This document shows, piece after piece, positions 39,440-53,800 of a stretch of DNA of 64,000 nt. The notes beneath the pieces are model-generated. The model did not search any database and was not told the DNA's origin. It worked only from the letters and a program-made list of their open reading frames with translations. Within the stretch, counting starts at the first letter, position 1; each line of letters opens with the position of its first letter. The DNA comes from Chrysomallon squamiferum. Taxonomy: Eukaryota; Animalia; Mollusca. The stretch lies in assembly GCA_012295275.1 (NCBI GenBank), contig CM022671.1, forward strand, positions 18,414,001 to 18,478,000. The letters run 5' to 3'. Made by a program: the position numbers and the translations under genes.

Positions 39440-39830
39440 CTCTTACTCTTCTAAAGAATCTTAAATTGATGACGCCACATCAGGTCAACAGTTATTGCCT
39501 GATTGGCAAACGTGACTGACACAAGCGTGGGCTGCTTTGGCTGCTGCCTCTTTGGCTGAACTGCAGAATGCCATTGCTGCCATCTTGGAGAAAAACGAAG
39601 ATCAATACACTGGAAGTAGCTGGCGATGACCTCAATCCTGTCTCACAGTGCTTCCAGTGATTGTGAATATTTACGTCATTATAGCCACTGATTGCAAGGT
39701 CTTATCCCCGAAGGCTATCTTCATGTATTGGCACTGACGAGGAAGCCGATGTAGCGGAATGCTTTTTTATTATTACCGTGAAATGCTTTCATTAAATGTT
39801 GGACGTACGTCTGCTTATGCTGAATCTGGT
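39440..39830. promoter_or_regulatory. CpG-retaining island, candidate enhancer or conserved non-coding element
   Basis: About 13 CpG in about 350 bp, non-repetitive. Confidence 0.4.
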
Positions 39831-40816
39831 ATTTTTGGCTATCATTAATACTTGTATGTAATCATTATGGATGTGATATATGTCATGACAATTTGGATGT
39901 GATACATCACTTTATATATCACTGGCAGTTGTGTTATTTAAATATTAAGGTGTATGTTTGTCATCACATATTATTGAACAGAGAGTTGTTTGATGCTGGG
40001 TATTACTTTATCTTGCGTGTAGTGTATATTTAGTACTCCCACTTGTCATGTTAGTTTAAGTGATTATATTGTTTCTGATGTGGAATCTCATGTTATTTTC
40101 ACATGGGGTATTATGTCATAATATTATATATTGAAATCATAGTTCACCAGTTTTACTTGTAATTATTGATAACTTTGTCAAATCTTTGTTTTCATAACAG
40201 AATAACTTTAAATCTTGTTCACTGTCTCACACTGTACATTTTCAGGGATTTCTTCTTTTCACTTTTTACTGAACTATTCAACATTTATTTTCCTATCTTA
40301 TCCTTGTCCTTTTTTCTTTTTTCTTTTTTTATCCCCCTCAGTTTTAACAAACACTACTGAAGAACAATCTAGTAGTAGACACCATATCTGGCCAAGTCTT
40401 GTTTAAACAGATCCAAACAGGACTGGTGTAGCATTATTGCCAGTGGAAGCCGTTTTACTTGGTCTGTCAGAAAGTGATTACTTGGTATGCTGTGTTAATT
40501 GTTGCTTTGTTAACAGATTCAGAATCCTGTGTATATACAGATGGTGTAAGTTTGCATGAGTGTCGTTTCCTGTTTGCAAGACCTACTACTGGGGGGAAGG
40601 AGGGTTTCCAGTTTGCTGGTGGGTCATGTGGTTCAGACCGTTTCACATGTTTAACTTAGTGCCAGATTCTTCCCACCGGTTTCCAGGTCTTCCAGCTAGT
40701 GATAACAAATTAGTCTTCCAGGATTTTTTATTCAAAAAAAAAAAAAAAAAAAGAATTTATGTTTAGGATTAATTTTTCTTTCTTTTTTTTTTTCTTTTTT
40801 TCTTTGTATCTTTGAA

Positions 40817-40862
<46 letters not shown>

Positions 40863-41589
40863 TTTACTTATTTATTTATTTATTTATTTAGTTAGAATTT
40901 CATTTTGTGATTCCTTTTTTCATTTTGGTTACAGTTAATTTTCTTTTTTTCTTTCCTATTGGTTACAATTAGTTTTGCTTGTTTTTTTCTGTTTGTTTTT
41001 TCATTTTTTCAGTTAGAATTCATTATTCTCGATTGTTTTGGTAGTTTTCCTGTTTGTTGTTTTTCAATCTGGATTACATCAGGTGATGAGTTGGCAGTTG
41101 TTTTTACTGGTACAGACTTTATTTAGGAGGAACTCAGTGACAGTTAGGAACTGAGTTTGAATAAACAAATAATTTTCCTTTTAACATAGTGCATGTATAC
41201 GTTAGTTACTTATATACGTTCAGATGTAGTCATAAATAAATAATATGTATTTACATTATTTTTTTCACATAGACAAACATACACAAATTCACAGACATAT
41301 TTATTATTGTGTATATATATGTAATATAAACATCATTCACCACATACATACACATACAAATAAACAAACATGCACACATAATTTGTGAACAAAATCTGTA
41401 ATTGCATGTACATACACTCATATACATGTGCATATACACAAATGCACTTGCAAGGAAACACACAAACACAATTTATTAAACCATAAATGCATTATTTCTT
41501 CTAAAACCGACCAAAACCAAACAAAATAATAATTTTTAACACACTGAAGTATCTTTCTCCATTATCTTACAAACTCAATACTCAACAAG

Positions 41590-41950
41590 TGAAATGTTTA
41601 TGCGTGTGAACTCAGTGAGCACTGTCACTACTACGACCATTTTTACTCACACTCACACTTTTGCTCATTCTTCCCCATCACCCCCAAGTCATTCGCCTTT
41701 TTCCCCATTGTTGTCAAACCGTCATAACGCTCAAGTTTTAATTCACCGCGATGTATTCCTAGTTTGTCGTGGTATTTTTAGATCGGAATGTTACCCATGG
41801 GTATTTCTGTGGTTAATCAATAATAGCAAAGATTGTTCACATCGCTCTTTGCCACGGTATCGACAGAGCGCAAAGCCTGCCTGCAGTACAGTGGCGTTGT
41901 TTTCGTTGTCATACTTGATCAAGCATTTAATAAAAACCTTAAAAGACACA
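41590..41950. promoter_or_regulatory. CpG-retaining island, candidate enhancer or conserved non-coding element
   Basis: About 13 CpG in 41690-41910. Confidence 0.42.
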
Positions 41951-43489
41951 TAGTACTGTTAGTTCAGAATCAAATGGAGAATTATTGAGTGATGTTTAGA
42001 CAATAGAACCATTTGTGTTGGTTTTTTTTTTTTTTTTTTGGAACACTTAGGAGAAAATCCAGTTATCATTCTCAAGCACTTTGGACAAAATACGATTATT
42101 TTTCCATAACATTTAGAAGAAAATGTAATTATCTTCATGTTTTTTTATGTATTATTACTACTGATACAAATTTTTAACTGAGCTATGATTATGATAATTT
42201 AGACTAGCATTTGTACTATAAAAAAAGCATATCACTGTAATTTTAATGGCTTGTAAATTGTATGTAGTGAAAAAAGACAAAAAAAAAAACAACCAGCTGG
42301 TATATTTTTAACGATTTTAATGTGATATATTTAACGTATGTTATGACCAATTAATAATAAACAGTATTTTTCATTTTCAAAGTTCACTGTGAAGTACACT
42401 TGATTTAATGGAGTGCAGAAGAACTTTGAAACATGAAACGTCTTTGCTACAGGAATGTAAATGATTTATTAAAAACAGCACCTCCATAAAAATATAATTT
42501 AATCTTATTACGGCATTCTGTTTCAATGTTATTCTTTCAGAAAAATATTAAATTGAATAATATCTTATTTTTAGTGGGTCTGTACAAAAGCACATGCTGT
42601 ATTAAAATTTAATATGTAGATTAAATTACTGATGTCAGCATTAGTGTGTTAGTAATAAGAATTTAAATGTCCGAAGAACTAAATCAAATGGACATTTATG
42701 ATAAATTTGTTGTAAGAATCTTTACAAAATACTTAACATCAATGAACTTGATCATATAATTACACTTAATACCTCATTTCGTCTTACAAATAAATAAATA
42801 AATTAATAATAATAATAATGATGATGATGATGATAAAAATCTTGCAGACATCTTTAAATAAAAGGCAAGAATTATTATTATTTTTTTTTAAACCAGAATA
42901 TTTAAAAAGAACAATAAACAAGATTGTATCGTGTCTTGCCAAGCTGCCAGTTAGTAAAATTATCAGTGGATAATAACATGGCTGCCACCAAGGTAAGAAG
43001 ACTTGTACAGAATGATTTCCCACTTACAGGATTTAGTCCACAATCAAGAGTGTACTCCAAGGGCATAAGTCCTTAATCGAAGGCAGCAAGAGACATAACT
43101 CAATACTGGCTCATTTGCTGGCAGGCAATGCATTGGAAATGAGTTGCGTTTTGAGAGCATGGCCTCAAAGCTTTTCCAATCACTAGAGTTTGTGTGGATG
43201 AGTGTCCGTTCCCATCTTTATCTGTGAAAAGCAGACGTCTGCTGATGTGTACATTGTTGCCATCTTCATCTTGCCTTACAACCAGTGGCATCCAGTTTCC
43301 ACTTGAAAACAATGGCAAAACTGCAGCCAATCTTGCCAATCAACGTAATTGCATCCCACACAGATAATATCATTGTCCTGTCTTTCAAAATCGGCCAAGA
43401 AGCTAGTGTGTGTGTATGTGTGTGTGTGTGTGGATCAGATGGGGGGGTTGGTAGGGAAATCTTCACTATTGAATATCCAGCCCTCTCTA

Positions 43490-43860
43490 ACTGAATCTAG
43501 TTAGTAGCCGTTTCCATGGTGATGGGTGATAGGTGACCAGACACCGTGTACAAACTTGATTTTCTTCATCCACTGATAATCAGTTCCAATTTGGTCTTCG
43601 TGGTGAAATAAAAGATGGGGGACGCTGCGTTTCATTTCCTGTCAGTGGTCAGGCAACTCGCTGTTTTGGTACAGCAACGATGTTTTCTCACAATGCGCGC
43701 ATTGCCATACGTGTCCTGCATGGGTGTCCTCTCTCATTCCCCCCCTGCCTCCTACTCTTTCTTATTGATTCATTAAATTGCTATTGAAGCTTTTCTTGTG
43801 GTCGATAATGAATTACCTTCTTTTCAAATTTTATCAAGAGCTAATATCACCTCCTTAAGA
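43490..43860. promoter_or_regulatory. CpG-retaining island with an X-box-like motif and a 14-bp palindrome
   Basis: About 10 CpG, GTTTCCATGGTGAT at 43510, and CAATGCGCGCATTG at 43691-43704. Confidence 0.38.
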
Positions 43861-46800
43861 TATTTTGCATAAACAGACACCAGTGTCTGGGTCCACTGCT
43901 GTTAGGCACACACACAAATCTCAATGTGATTATTTCTTCAGAAGCTGTAACTACTTTCCACAACACAAACTGACAATAATGAAATGCTTCATGCTCAGAT
44001 GAAGGAAATTCACATAATACAGAAGAAAATTCTGTATTAATCACCAATGGGAGAAATCATCTGGGTGGTGTGGAAAAATGTGGATTTTTTAAAATTATTA
44101 TTTTAATTATGAATCTGGTTTTAATTGATCAGTTAATATATTCAAGGTGGGTTTTTTTTTTTTTTTTTTTTTTTTTTCATGATGTTCTTGATGACTATTT
44201 AAAATAAGTCATAATATGTTGTACCTGTTATGAACATAAATATCTGACAAGTGATTGCCTAGAAAAGAAGGTTCTGCTTTGACAGTTGTAAATCTTTTAG
44301 GAAAAAAAAAAAAAAAGAAAAGAAAAAGAATGAAAAAGCCAATCTTATTCTGTGAAAGAAGAAGAAAATCAGTGATGCAGTTACAAAACTTAGTTAATGT
44401 TGCTATATTTGAAAGCAGATGTCAGAAAAGACATCAATCTCTTTGATTTTTTTTTTCTTTATAATTTCTCTTCTTTATTTGCTTCTGCTTTCTTCTTTTT
44501 AGCTTTTTTCCTCATCTCTTTCATACCATCATTTCATTTAAGATACATTTGCTCGATATTTTTTTCTCCTTTTCTTCTTCTATCTTTCTATCTTTTCTCC
44601 TTTCTTTACTTCTTCATTCTGATCTACTGTCTTTAGTTATCTTTTTATTTCTTATTTTTGCCAATTCTTTGTTCTTTATTTCATTTCTCTTTTTTCTCCT
44701 TTTTTCTCTCTCTGTTGTCATTGGGTTGTTTTTTTTTACACTCCAGTTTCACACAAATTGCACAGATTTAACATGATGACTGAGAAGATGGAATTTATCT
44801 TCTTTCATTTAAACAGCTGTCAGACTTGTCTTTGTTTTTCCTTTTTTTTTTTTTTTAATCCATATTTTTTTATTTTGAATCTATTTACATCCAGTGTTAT
44901 ATATCCACCCTTCTTTCATTGTTTATCTCCTTTTAATTTTTTTGTTATTATTATTACATTTTTGTTTTTTAACATTTTTACATACCTGTTGTTTTACTTC
45001 CTTTTTTTTTTTTTTTCATTATTTTCTTCCTCATTCCTGTTTTTTATATTTATTTATTTTTTAATTTCCTGTAAACTGTAACTTTTCCTTTCTTTATACT
45101 TCTTTTTTTTTTTCTTTTTTTTTTTGTTCCATTTTTTGATTATTCTCCCCTTCTCTGTTTTCATTTGAAATAGGTTGTTTTGGATTTGTCTTGTTTTTCT
45201 TGTTTATTTTAAGTAACCACATTTAGCTAAGTAAACAAAAGGGTGTATCTGAAGATTTCAAAAGATAAATAAGAAAAGTTGGATTTTTTATAGACATTTT
45301 TTTTTTTTCCTCTCTCTCACTTGAAACTGTTTCCAATTCCTGTAATTTTAACCAGCAGTATATAACTAAATCTTTTTTTAATTTGATTTTTTTTTTTTTT
45401 TTTTAAAGTTAAGCCTTTGCAGTTCAATTTGTCTACATCAGTCAACATGTTTAAATTAAGAAACTAGATTTACAAATTATTCTACTTGCAAGATGGTAAC
45501 AGCTGATAAAGACCTTTTTAAAAAAAAAAAAAAAAAATGGGGGTCCTGAAATATACATGCAATAATAAATTACATAAAGTAATTAGAAATATTTTAGCTA
45601 AAATTAAAATGATAAATAAATTATATATGGTAAATACGAGTAAGTTACATGAAGTAATTAAGATAAATGATTTACCAACAGTGAAAATGAGAAATTACAC
45701 AAAGTATGTTACATACAGTAAACAGAAGAAATAATTGTGTCTTGTCATTTCATAATCCAGTTATTTTATTATTGGTCGTCTCTTCAGGTGCTGAATTCAT
45801 CTTGTAAAACACCAAGAGAGAAAATTAATTTTTACAATTGCTTTCATGTTTAAAAAGCAATTATTGATATTCAGCTCATACTTCAGTTTGTTACTGGTAA
45901 TTTCCTCCCTCTTTTTAGTGGAGTCGTCTTTCTTTCTGTTATTAATCTCCTTTTTCTTCTTCTACTTCATATTATTATTATGAATAATTTTTTTTTTTTT
46001 TTTTGACTGCTAGAAACAAATTTCATGATCAGCATTTTTTTAATTTATACATATTCTTAAGAAAACTCTTAAAGTTAATGACAATAAAAATTCACTGTAT
46101 AAAAAAAAAATTTTTAATTAATAATTTTTTTTTATTAATTTTTATTTTTTATTTTTTTTATCTTTTTTTTTTTTTTTATAGTCTGTTTTATATATAGATA
46201 GATTGTTTCATAATAAGATTCTACTAAAACAAATCCCTCTTATTATTTTATTAATTATTTTCTAATGAAGCTCCATAAGACCATAAAAATTGTCTCTGTG
46301 GTTTTTTTTTATTTTTTTACTTTTTTTTAAAAATATTTTTCATAACTTTTTTTTATAGATAAACTTTATATTATAATAACATTTTTGCTGCACAGATTCA
46401 TAATCAAACTCCACATGACCATCAAAAATTCTTTTTATAATTTTCAGTTTTCATCTTTTTTGGCCTTTTTATTATTATCAAAAACAAAATTTATGATCAA
46501 CATTTTTCTATCAGGATTCATAACCAAACAGCAAATGACTGTAAAAAAAAAAAAAAATTTTTTTTTTTTAATTTCAACTTGCACTGATAATTTTCCATAC
46601 CAGCCAAAGTGGATTAAATTTGAGCATGACTTGATAAGCAGCCTAGTGGAATGACTGTGTCTGTATGGATGGTTTGATTAACGATTTGACTGATTTGTAT
46701 TTGCGCACAGATGCATAGCATTTCCCCATCTTGCTATTGATCAGTGCGGCTTCTTTTCATCAGCTTTCAGCCCAAAATCTCATAATGATTTGACGCTGGT

Positions 46801-47304
46801 TGAACGGTAAAGAGAAAGGAGAGGAAGAAGAAGAAAGAAAAAATAGACAAGAAAAAAAAAAATAATCAAACAACAACACTTCCTTGTCAATTCTTTAGTT
46901 AATTATTGCTAAAGAATCAATGAATGAATGATGTTTTTTTTTAAAAATACCTATGATTTTTTTTTTTTTTCTTATAGAATGAAATTAAGGATACATACAT
47001 GAATTGATTTTTGTAACTCTGAATAACATTGTTTTCTTATTGATAATTAGAGAAAACTAACAGCTATGGTTATTGGTTATTTCCTTCTTTATGTCTTTAT
47101 TTTTTTTTGGTTTGTTTGTTTTTTGGTTTTGTTCTGGAGTTTTTTTATTGTTTTTTTTCTCTCTAATCAATGTATGCTCTCAAAATAGTTTTCTGTTTTT
47201 GCCTAAATAATCTGAAGATTATAGTGACATTAAAGTAACAAGGATACTGTTTATGTTGTACATTAGATAACTTCTGAGATATATTTTATATACACTAATT
47301 TATA

Positions 47305-47620
47305 AGACAGATTTAATATCATGTTTACAATAATTTTAAAAAGAATTTAACATATTTTGTTTACAGTAATTTTAAAGATATATATTTTGTTTGCAGTAAT
47401 TATAAAGAAATCTAATATATTTTGCTTGCAATAATTTTAAAGCAATCAAGTTTGTTTCGTTTACGACAATTTTAAAAAGATATTAATACATTTTATTTAC
47501 AATAATTTTTAAGAAGAATTTAATATACTTTGTTTACTACAAGTTTAAGAACAAATTTATGATATTAGTTTACAGTAATTTTAAAAACATTTAATTTTTT
47601 TTTTTACTATAGCTTTTAAG
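47305..47620. repeat. Decayed array of about 37 bp (atattttgtttacaataattttaaa...)
   Basis: About 8 recognisable copies of gtttaca.taattttaaa. Confidence 0.8.
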
Positions 47621-47851
47621 ACATATTATATATTTTTAACATAACTAAGATACATTTTAAACCATAAATAAAAGAAGGCATTTGATGCTTTGAGTTATTT
47701 CCAGTAATCATGAGATAAAATAAAAAAACAGATATAAAATCTTGTAGACTGCAAACATGCCTTGATTATAGAGATGTAATCAGTATATCTGAAACAGGTT
47801 TTACATTCCCATTAAACTCAGGTTTTAAATTGAATTCACGAAGAGATTAAA

Positions 47852-47888
<37 letters not shown>

Positions 47889-49799
47889 ACCCATAATTTC
47901 AGTGGCAAATGTTGGTTTAGACAGCTAATGGTTAACTTAGTAATAAGAATTACAGTCTCAGTGATTTCCTTTTTTGCCTAAAGAATGGTTTCTTGCACAG
48001 TTTTAAAATGAATTTTTACTTTTATATTTTTATTTACTTTTATTATTATTATTATTATTAATTTTTAAAGATATATCTCTATTTCCTGGTTCCAGTAGTA
48101 AGTTATTCATTGGCCACAGGGACTAACAAGTAATCTGAATCCAAATGAACAGTGGTTTCACTAAACTCTTCTGGTTTTCATGTATATTGGGTTACAGCTT
48201 GTTTGTAGTGATTTTCATAGAGCCCAGCTTAGTGAAATCTGTACTGGATTATTGGACTATTTGTTGGAGAATACATTAGTTTCATTGCAAATTGAATTTG
48301 TTACCACACAGTAATTATACAGCTTTGTTGTAAAATCGCTTGGTGCAAACAGTGCTGCAAAATGTTCTTGTTTCCCGATCATGTTGATTTGTGAAAATTG
48401 CAGTAGTTTCTAAAGAAAATACAAAAATGTAATGGTTTTAAAATATCGAAGTTTCTAAATAAATTTAATGCTAACACATTGGTTTCGTGTAATTTGCAAA
48501 TGTTTGAAAATATTAGTTGTTTTTTATAAGTGGTGTGTTACTAGTTTCAGCTGTGTTTGGGTTTACTGCAAACTGTCCTGGTTACTACCTAAAACACTTG
48601 TTTAACACAAAACACTACCATTTTAAGCAATTTATTTTTACCACACCAAATTAAGACAAAACAAATCCATTATGTCTAAATTCCTCATTTATTTTTAATG
48701 GTTTTTCTTGATGCTAGATTAGAAAACAAATTTCCTAGACCAAATTAAGACCAACTAAAATCCTTTTTGCTTTAAATACTCATTAAACAGGACTGCATAA
48801 ACACAGAATTTCTATTCTGAACTTTGCTAATTAGATTTGCTCTGAACCATAATCTGTGGCTATACCATGCATCTAGTATTTCAAATGACATTTTTTTTTA
48901 TCTCCCCTTAGAGTTTTATAAATAAAAATACATTAAACTTCCTTTTAATGTTCTGATCATCATTACCGATACACCATTATGTAAGTATATAGATTCTCTG
49001 TTTGAAAGGAATGTTATTATATATAGCTGTTAGGATGAAACCTTTTTTTTTAATCCGACAATGACATTAATAACAAAACACAATCGTAACAACAAAAAAA
49101 CGGTTATTACATTCATGGTCTGCTACACAGATGTGTATACACAGAGATAGATCCTGAGAGGTCCAATGATGTTCTGAAAATCTTTTGTGAAATTAATTCA
49201 CACATGCTGAAGATGAGAAGCATTTTTTTTGTGTCTGAATGCATTTGTACATGTAAGCATAAAAGAGTTTTTCTATAACTGATAGGTATATAAAATGAAT
49301 ACAGGTATATATTATGAAATAGATTTGTATGTATTATTATATTGGCTATAGTTCTGATTTATTTCAACATGGAAGCATAAAATAATTTTTTCTCTACATG
49401 ACTGGTTCATTTATGAAATAATAACATACATACATGGAATACACATTTATTTTATTTTATTTTATTGTACTGTACTAGTGTTATATCAGAGGAAGTAATG
49501 CACAGTGCCGTGTTGTATAATGTTATCAGCTTCACCTGTTTAATGATCGCTTGCAGCAACAATTCACCTGCTGTGTATATTCCACCCTGCATGTAAACAT
49601 TGCTAATCAGGTTTTGGTAAATAGTTAAATTGCTTTATTAACCTTTTTTATTTTTTGAAATAGTTTTTATTAATTCTCTTCTCCTACTTACACATCATTC
49701 ATCATTTTATCAGTTATTCATTATGCATCTATAAATTATCTCTCTGTCCATTTGTTCATGTGTCTCTCCAGCTATTATTTTTGAAGCCCACCATCAACC

Positions 49800-50500
49800 A
49801 ATTTCAGTAAGTTTATTGGCGTTTGATATATTCAGATACATCTCCTTCCTGTCTTCCATCTATCCATCCATCCATTCATCCATAAAGATTCAGTGATTTT
49901 AATAAATTTCAATTTATTGTATCCGATTTTAGATAAATCTTGTATCATTTATTTATAATCTGTTCAAAGATTCATGCATGTCTGTGTGAATATATCCATC
50001 CATGCATTCATTAGTCCCTTCATCAATCAATTAGTCATAAAGATTCAGTGATTTTTTTAATAAACTAAACACTGACTGTATCAGATTATAGATAAACCTG
50101 GAATGATTATAAATAAATAATCTATCCAAAGGCCAGTGTATTGTTTTATGGACATATCCATCCATCTATCCATCCACCCATCCATTAGTTCCTTCATTAA
50201 TAAATCATTCATAAAGATTCAATTATTTTTAATGAACTAGAATTTACTGTATCAGATTACAGATAAATCTGGAATGATTATTTATTTATATGCAAATACC
50301 TATATACTGTTTTATGAAAACATCCATCGATTGATTCACCAATTTATCCATCCATCCATCCATCCATCCATCTTTCCATCCATCCTTCCATCCTTCCATC
50401 CCATCCATCCATCCATCCATGAAGATGGAGAGATTGTAAAAATACTGAACGTTCAGATCAACTGCTGAGCAGACTCATTACAACTGAACCTGGAAAGATG
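49800..50500. repeat. Diverged tandem repeat of 155-210-bp units, each containing an (ATCC)n tract
   Basis: The anchor cataaagattca occurs at 49881, 50036 and 50210, with a variant at 50418. Copies share tgtatc.gatt..agataaa.ct. Confidence 0.85.
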
Positions 50501-52889
50501 ATTTATTCATAAACCTGACATTGGAAACAACATCAGCAACATCGTTGCCAATCTCCAGAGACGGCTGATAATTAGAGTTTAAAACAAAAAAATATATATA
50601 TACTAAAAAGAATGAATTCTTCGCTGGAATCCAAGCTGAATTGCGTGGGTGTGTGTAAGACTTTTATCGTGCTTCCATCAAAGAGATGCTGCAGCATGCC
50701 TGACGTGGACACACCTAATGATGTATTCATCAGAGAATTGCCGGTGACATTTTCACTTTTGATATTTATTTATTTATGTGTGATGAACAATGCTCTTATT
50801 TGCTAGCAGTGCTCAACTGCCAGTGACAGCTCTCTGTGTATGTGTGCTATTTTTTTTATTTTATTTTTGTTACTGCCATTCACTAGCAGATCAGCCCTCT
50901 TGGCAAACAGACTCTTATGAATATAAATTGCTCTTTTTGATGTGAAGGTCTTACTGTAGTGTTTGCTTGCAGCCATCCTCTGCTAAACAGATATGAATGT
51001 CCTTGTGAGAGACCAGTGTAAACACTGGACATGCTGTACCAGTCTGTTTGCCGATGTATTGCTTAGTATGGATGTATTTGTTGTTGGTTTGTTTGTTATT
51101 CATTGACAGGCTTATTTATTTATTTTAATTACTGATTATTTATTTATCTGGTTAGTTAGTTTGTAGTGTCCATGGGGATTTTGTCAGGATTTGTTTTTGG
51201 TTATTTTATTGTTTATTTACATTTATGTATATATTTTATTTATTTACATTTATGTATATTTATTTATTTATTTATTTATTTATTATGGGATCATTTATAC
51301 ACTGATATAATATGTTATTAATACTTTAATACAGTTTTATTATTTTTATTTATTTTTTATTTGTTTTTTATTTATTTTTTTAAATATTTTATTTATAAAT
51401 TAATACAGTTTTTAGTATTTGTTATTATTATTGTCATTTTTTTAATTCATTGTATTTTATGATATCATTTATTTATTTATTCCACTACTGTCACATAAAA
51501 CATTTATTGTTAAACAAAATGAACTCCCACTTTTAAACTTAAGTTTCATTTTTGCACAGTATACAGTGCCATAATTTTTTTTGATCTCTTTACTAAAGTC
51601 ATAAAATCTGTAATGAGGTTGTTTACCGCCATTCGTAAAATATCTGATTGTCTATGCAGAGATTATTGTTAAAGCTTGTAATATTTATATATTCATGAAT
51701 GAGAATAAGGAAGAAGAGAAAGCTGTAAAAAGTAAACAAACAATGAACAAAAAAGAAATGACAAGACAGATCTGTGAAGGAACTGATTCATTATGTTCTC
51801 TGATACACATGCTGATGTATATATTATTTAGTTTTTGGCTGTAGGGAAACAAGGAATTTTTATTTTATTTTATCTTATCTTATCTTATCTTATTTTATTT
51901 TATTTAAATTTTTATTTATTTATTTATTTACATTTATCTATATATTTTTACATTTTATTCATACTAATGTAAAAACACACACACACACAAACAAAAAAAA
52001 ACCATTTTGGAAGAATCCTAATATTAATTTATCTGTAGTTAAAGATTTTTAAAGATTTTTTTTACAGCTTGGAACATTATGGGATATTGTACTTTAAACC
52101 ATCATTTTTTCAGTTTACATTATGAACAACTTAGGTTACATTTAGTCATTTTATGATTACTATTTTTTAATGCTTGTGTGGTAGATACTTATTTCATAAT
52201 AAATAATAGCACATATTACATAAAAATATAACTAATACTACTTAAGTGAACCTAATGTATAATAAATAACAAGTAAAATGTATTACATAATAGGTCAAAT
52301 GTAACATGTAAAAAGTAAACTGCAATACATCATATGTAAAATGAAATACATAGCGGGTAATTTGTATTACACTGTAAGTAATACATAACACATTATTTCA
52401 TTAGCTGTTACAGATCAGGAATTTATGTAATCAGGAATCTACCTCCATGTAACAAAACAATACACAACACAAACATCTTGTGTGTTATTCAGAGTGGAGG
52501 AACACCCAGTGTAACAGACTAATTCAGGTGATAGCTGATCACCTAATGGCTTATTAATGACTGTCATGGTTTGGATTACAGGTGTTAGGTAGCTTGATTA
52601 GGTACCATGGATGGGTTAGATGTGACAAGATAGTGTTGGCACCACATATTGCTGATGCATGACATTTGAGTGGTTGTTGGACATGGTTGAGTTAAAATGT
52701 GATACAGAATTGATTCTATCATAGATAACTTTTGAAGTATTTCAGTTTATGGGCACATGTCAGTTGTGAAGTAGTCAATATGCCATAAACATGTTATTGG
52801 ATAAACACTTATATTATGTGTGACCTAATTGCAACACCTATTTATAGTTAAATAATAATCGAAAACCAGGCAAACTCTTGTTTCTTATT

Positions 52890-53200
52890 GTTTATATTGT
52901 ACAAAACGACACATGTGTTCATGTCACCATACAGATGTGACATACAACAGATATTATATAGATCATAATATTGTATAAATTGAAGTATCCAAATAAGAAG
53001 CATAAGTCATATATTGTACGAAATGACACACGGTCGTGTAAAATAAACAGGTCAGAACACAGCAGAAACATACAACAGAAATTGTATAGACCAAAATATT
53101 GTATAAATAGAGACAAAAGTCATACATTGTACACATTCACTTAAAATAAACAGGTCAGAACACAGCTGTGACATACAACAGATATTGTACACATGACATA
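52890..53200. repeat. Diverged tandem repeat of about 100-125 bp
   Basis: taaaataaacaggtcagaacacagc is exact at 53039 and 53142, and tgtgacatacaacagatatt occurs twice. Confidence 0.8.
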
Positions 53201-53756
53201 CAAGTGAAGTACAGGCTGTCATTGGCTAGGTGTTGAGAAACAACAGCACCACCAAAGTGAGTGGATTTCAGACTGAGTGTTGTCAGCAGAGAGAACCGGT
53301 TTGATTAGATTTTAGATTATTGCTGTCAGGTTATTGATTGGCCATAGCAGAGATGAGACCATTCGGCCATCGGCATGGCACAATTTGTTTTATTTGAAGT
53401 TTTTCATCACAAATTAATTAACTGTGTTAGACTAATATCCTCGGTGTCTGAAGTTCATGAGCACTTGTGAATATTGTCTAAGATGTTGAGAGGAGTTTTT
53501 CTGTGGGAGTTTCTTTCTGAGCACACACTCAGGTGAAGAAACACTGCTTCTAGCACAAACCAAGTATGAGAAGTGGTGGCAGTGGTGTCTAAAAGAGAAA
53601 TATTCTAAACACACTGACCTTTTGGTTTTATTGATAGGGCTTAGGGTGGTGAAATGAGCTTTGGAAATTAATTACATAAAATTGTATTGTTTGTCTGGCA
53701 AACACACACTCAGACACATAGATAGATGCACATGCTTACAGATACATGTACAGACA

Positions 53757-53800
<44 letters not shown>

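Noticed and set aside
39734-39760. CTGACGAG hammerhead-core-like word
   Set aside because: No correctly placed GAAA and no supporting stems.
41741-41750. ATTCACCGCG, a partial reverse complement of miR-124
   Set aside because: Only 10 nt match, the seed-complementary part (TGCCTTA) is absent, and no hairpin is evident. No conserved miRNA was recognised elsewhere by eye.
45174-45215. tag|GT TGT TTT GGA TTT GTC (G-C-F-G-F-V) resembling the next Musashi exon
   Set aside because: It has an extra Cys codon and continues LFFLFIL rather than TFE...CEIHFHEIN. This is a chance match in T-rich DNA.
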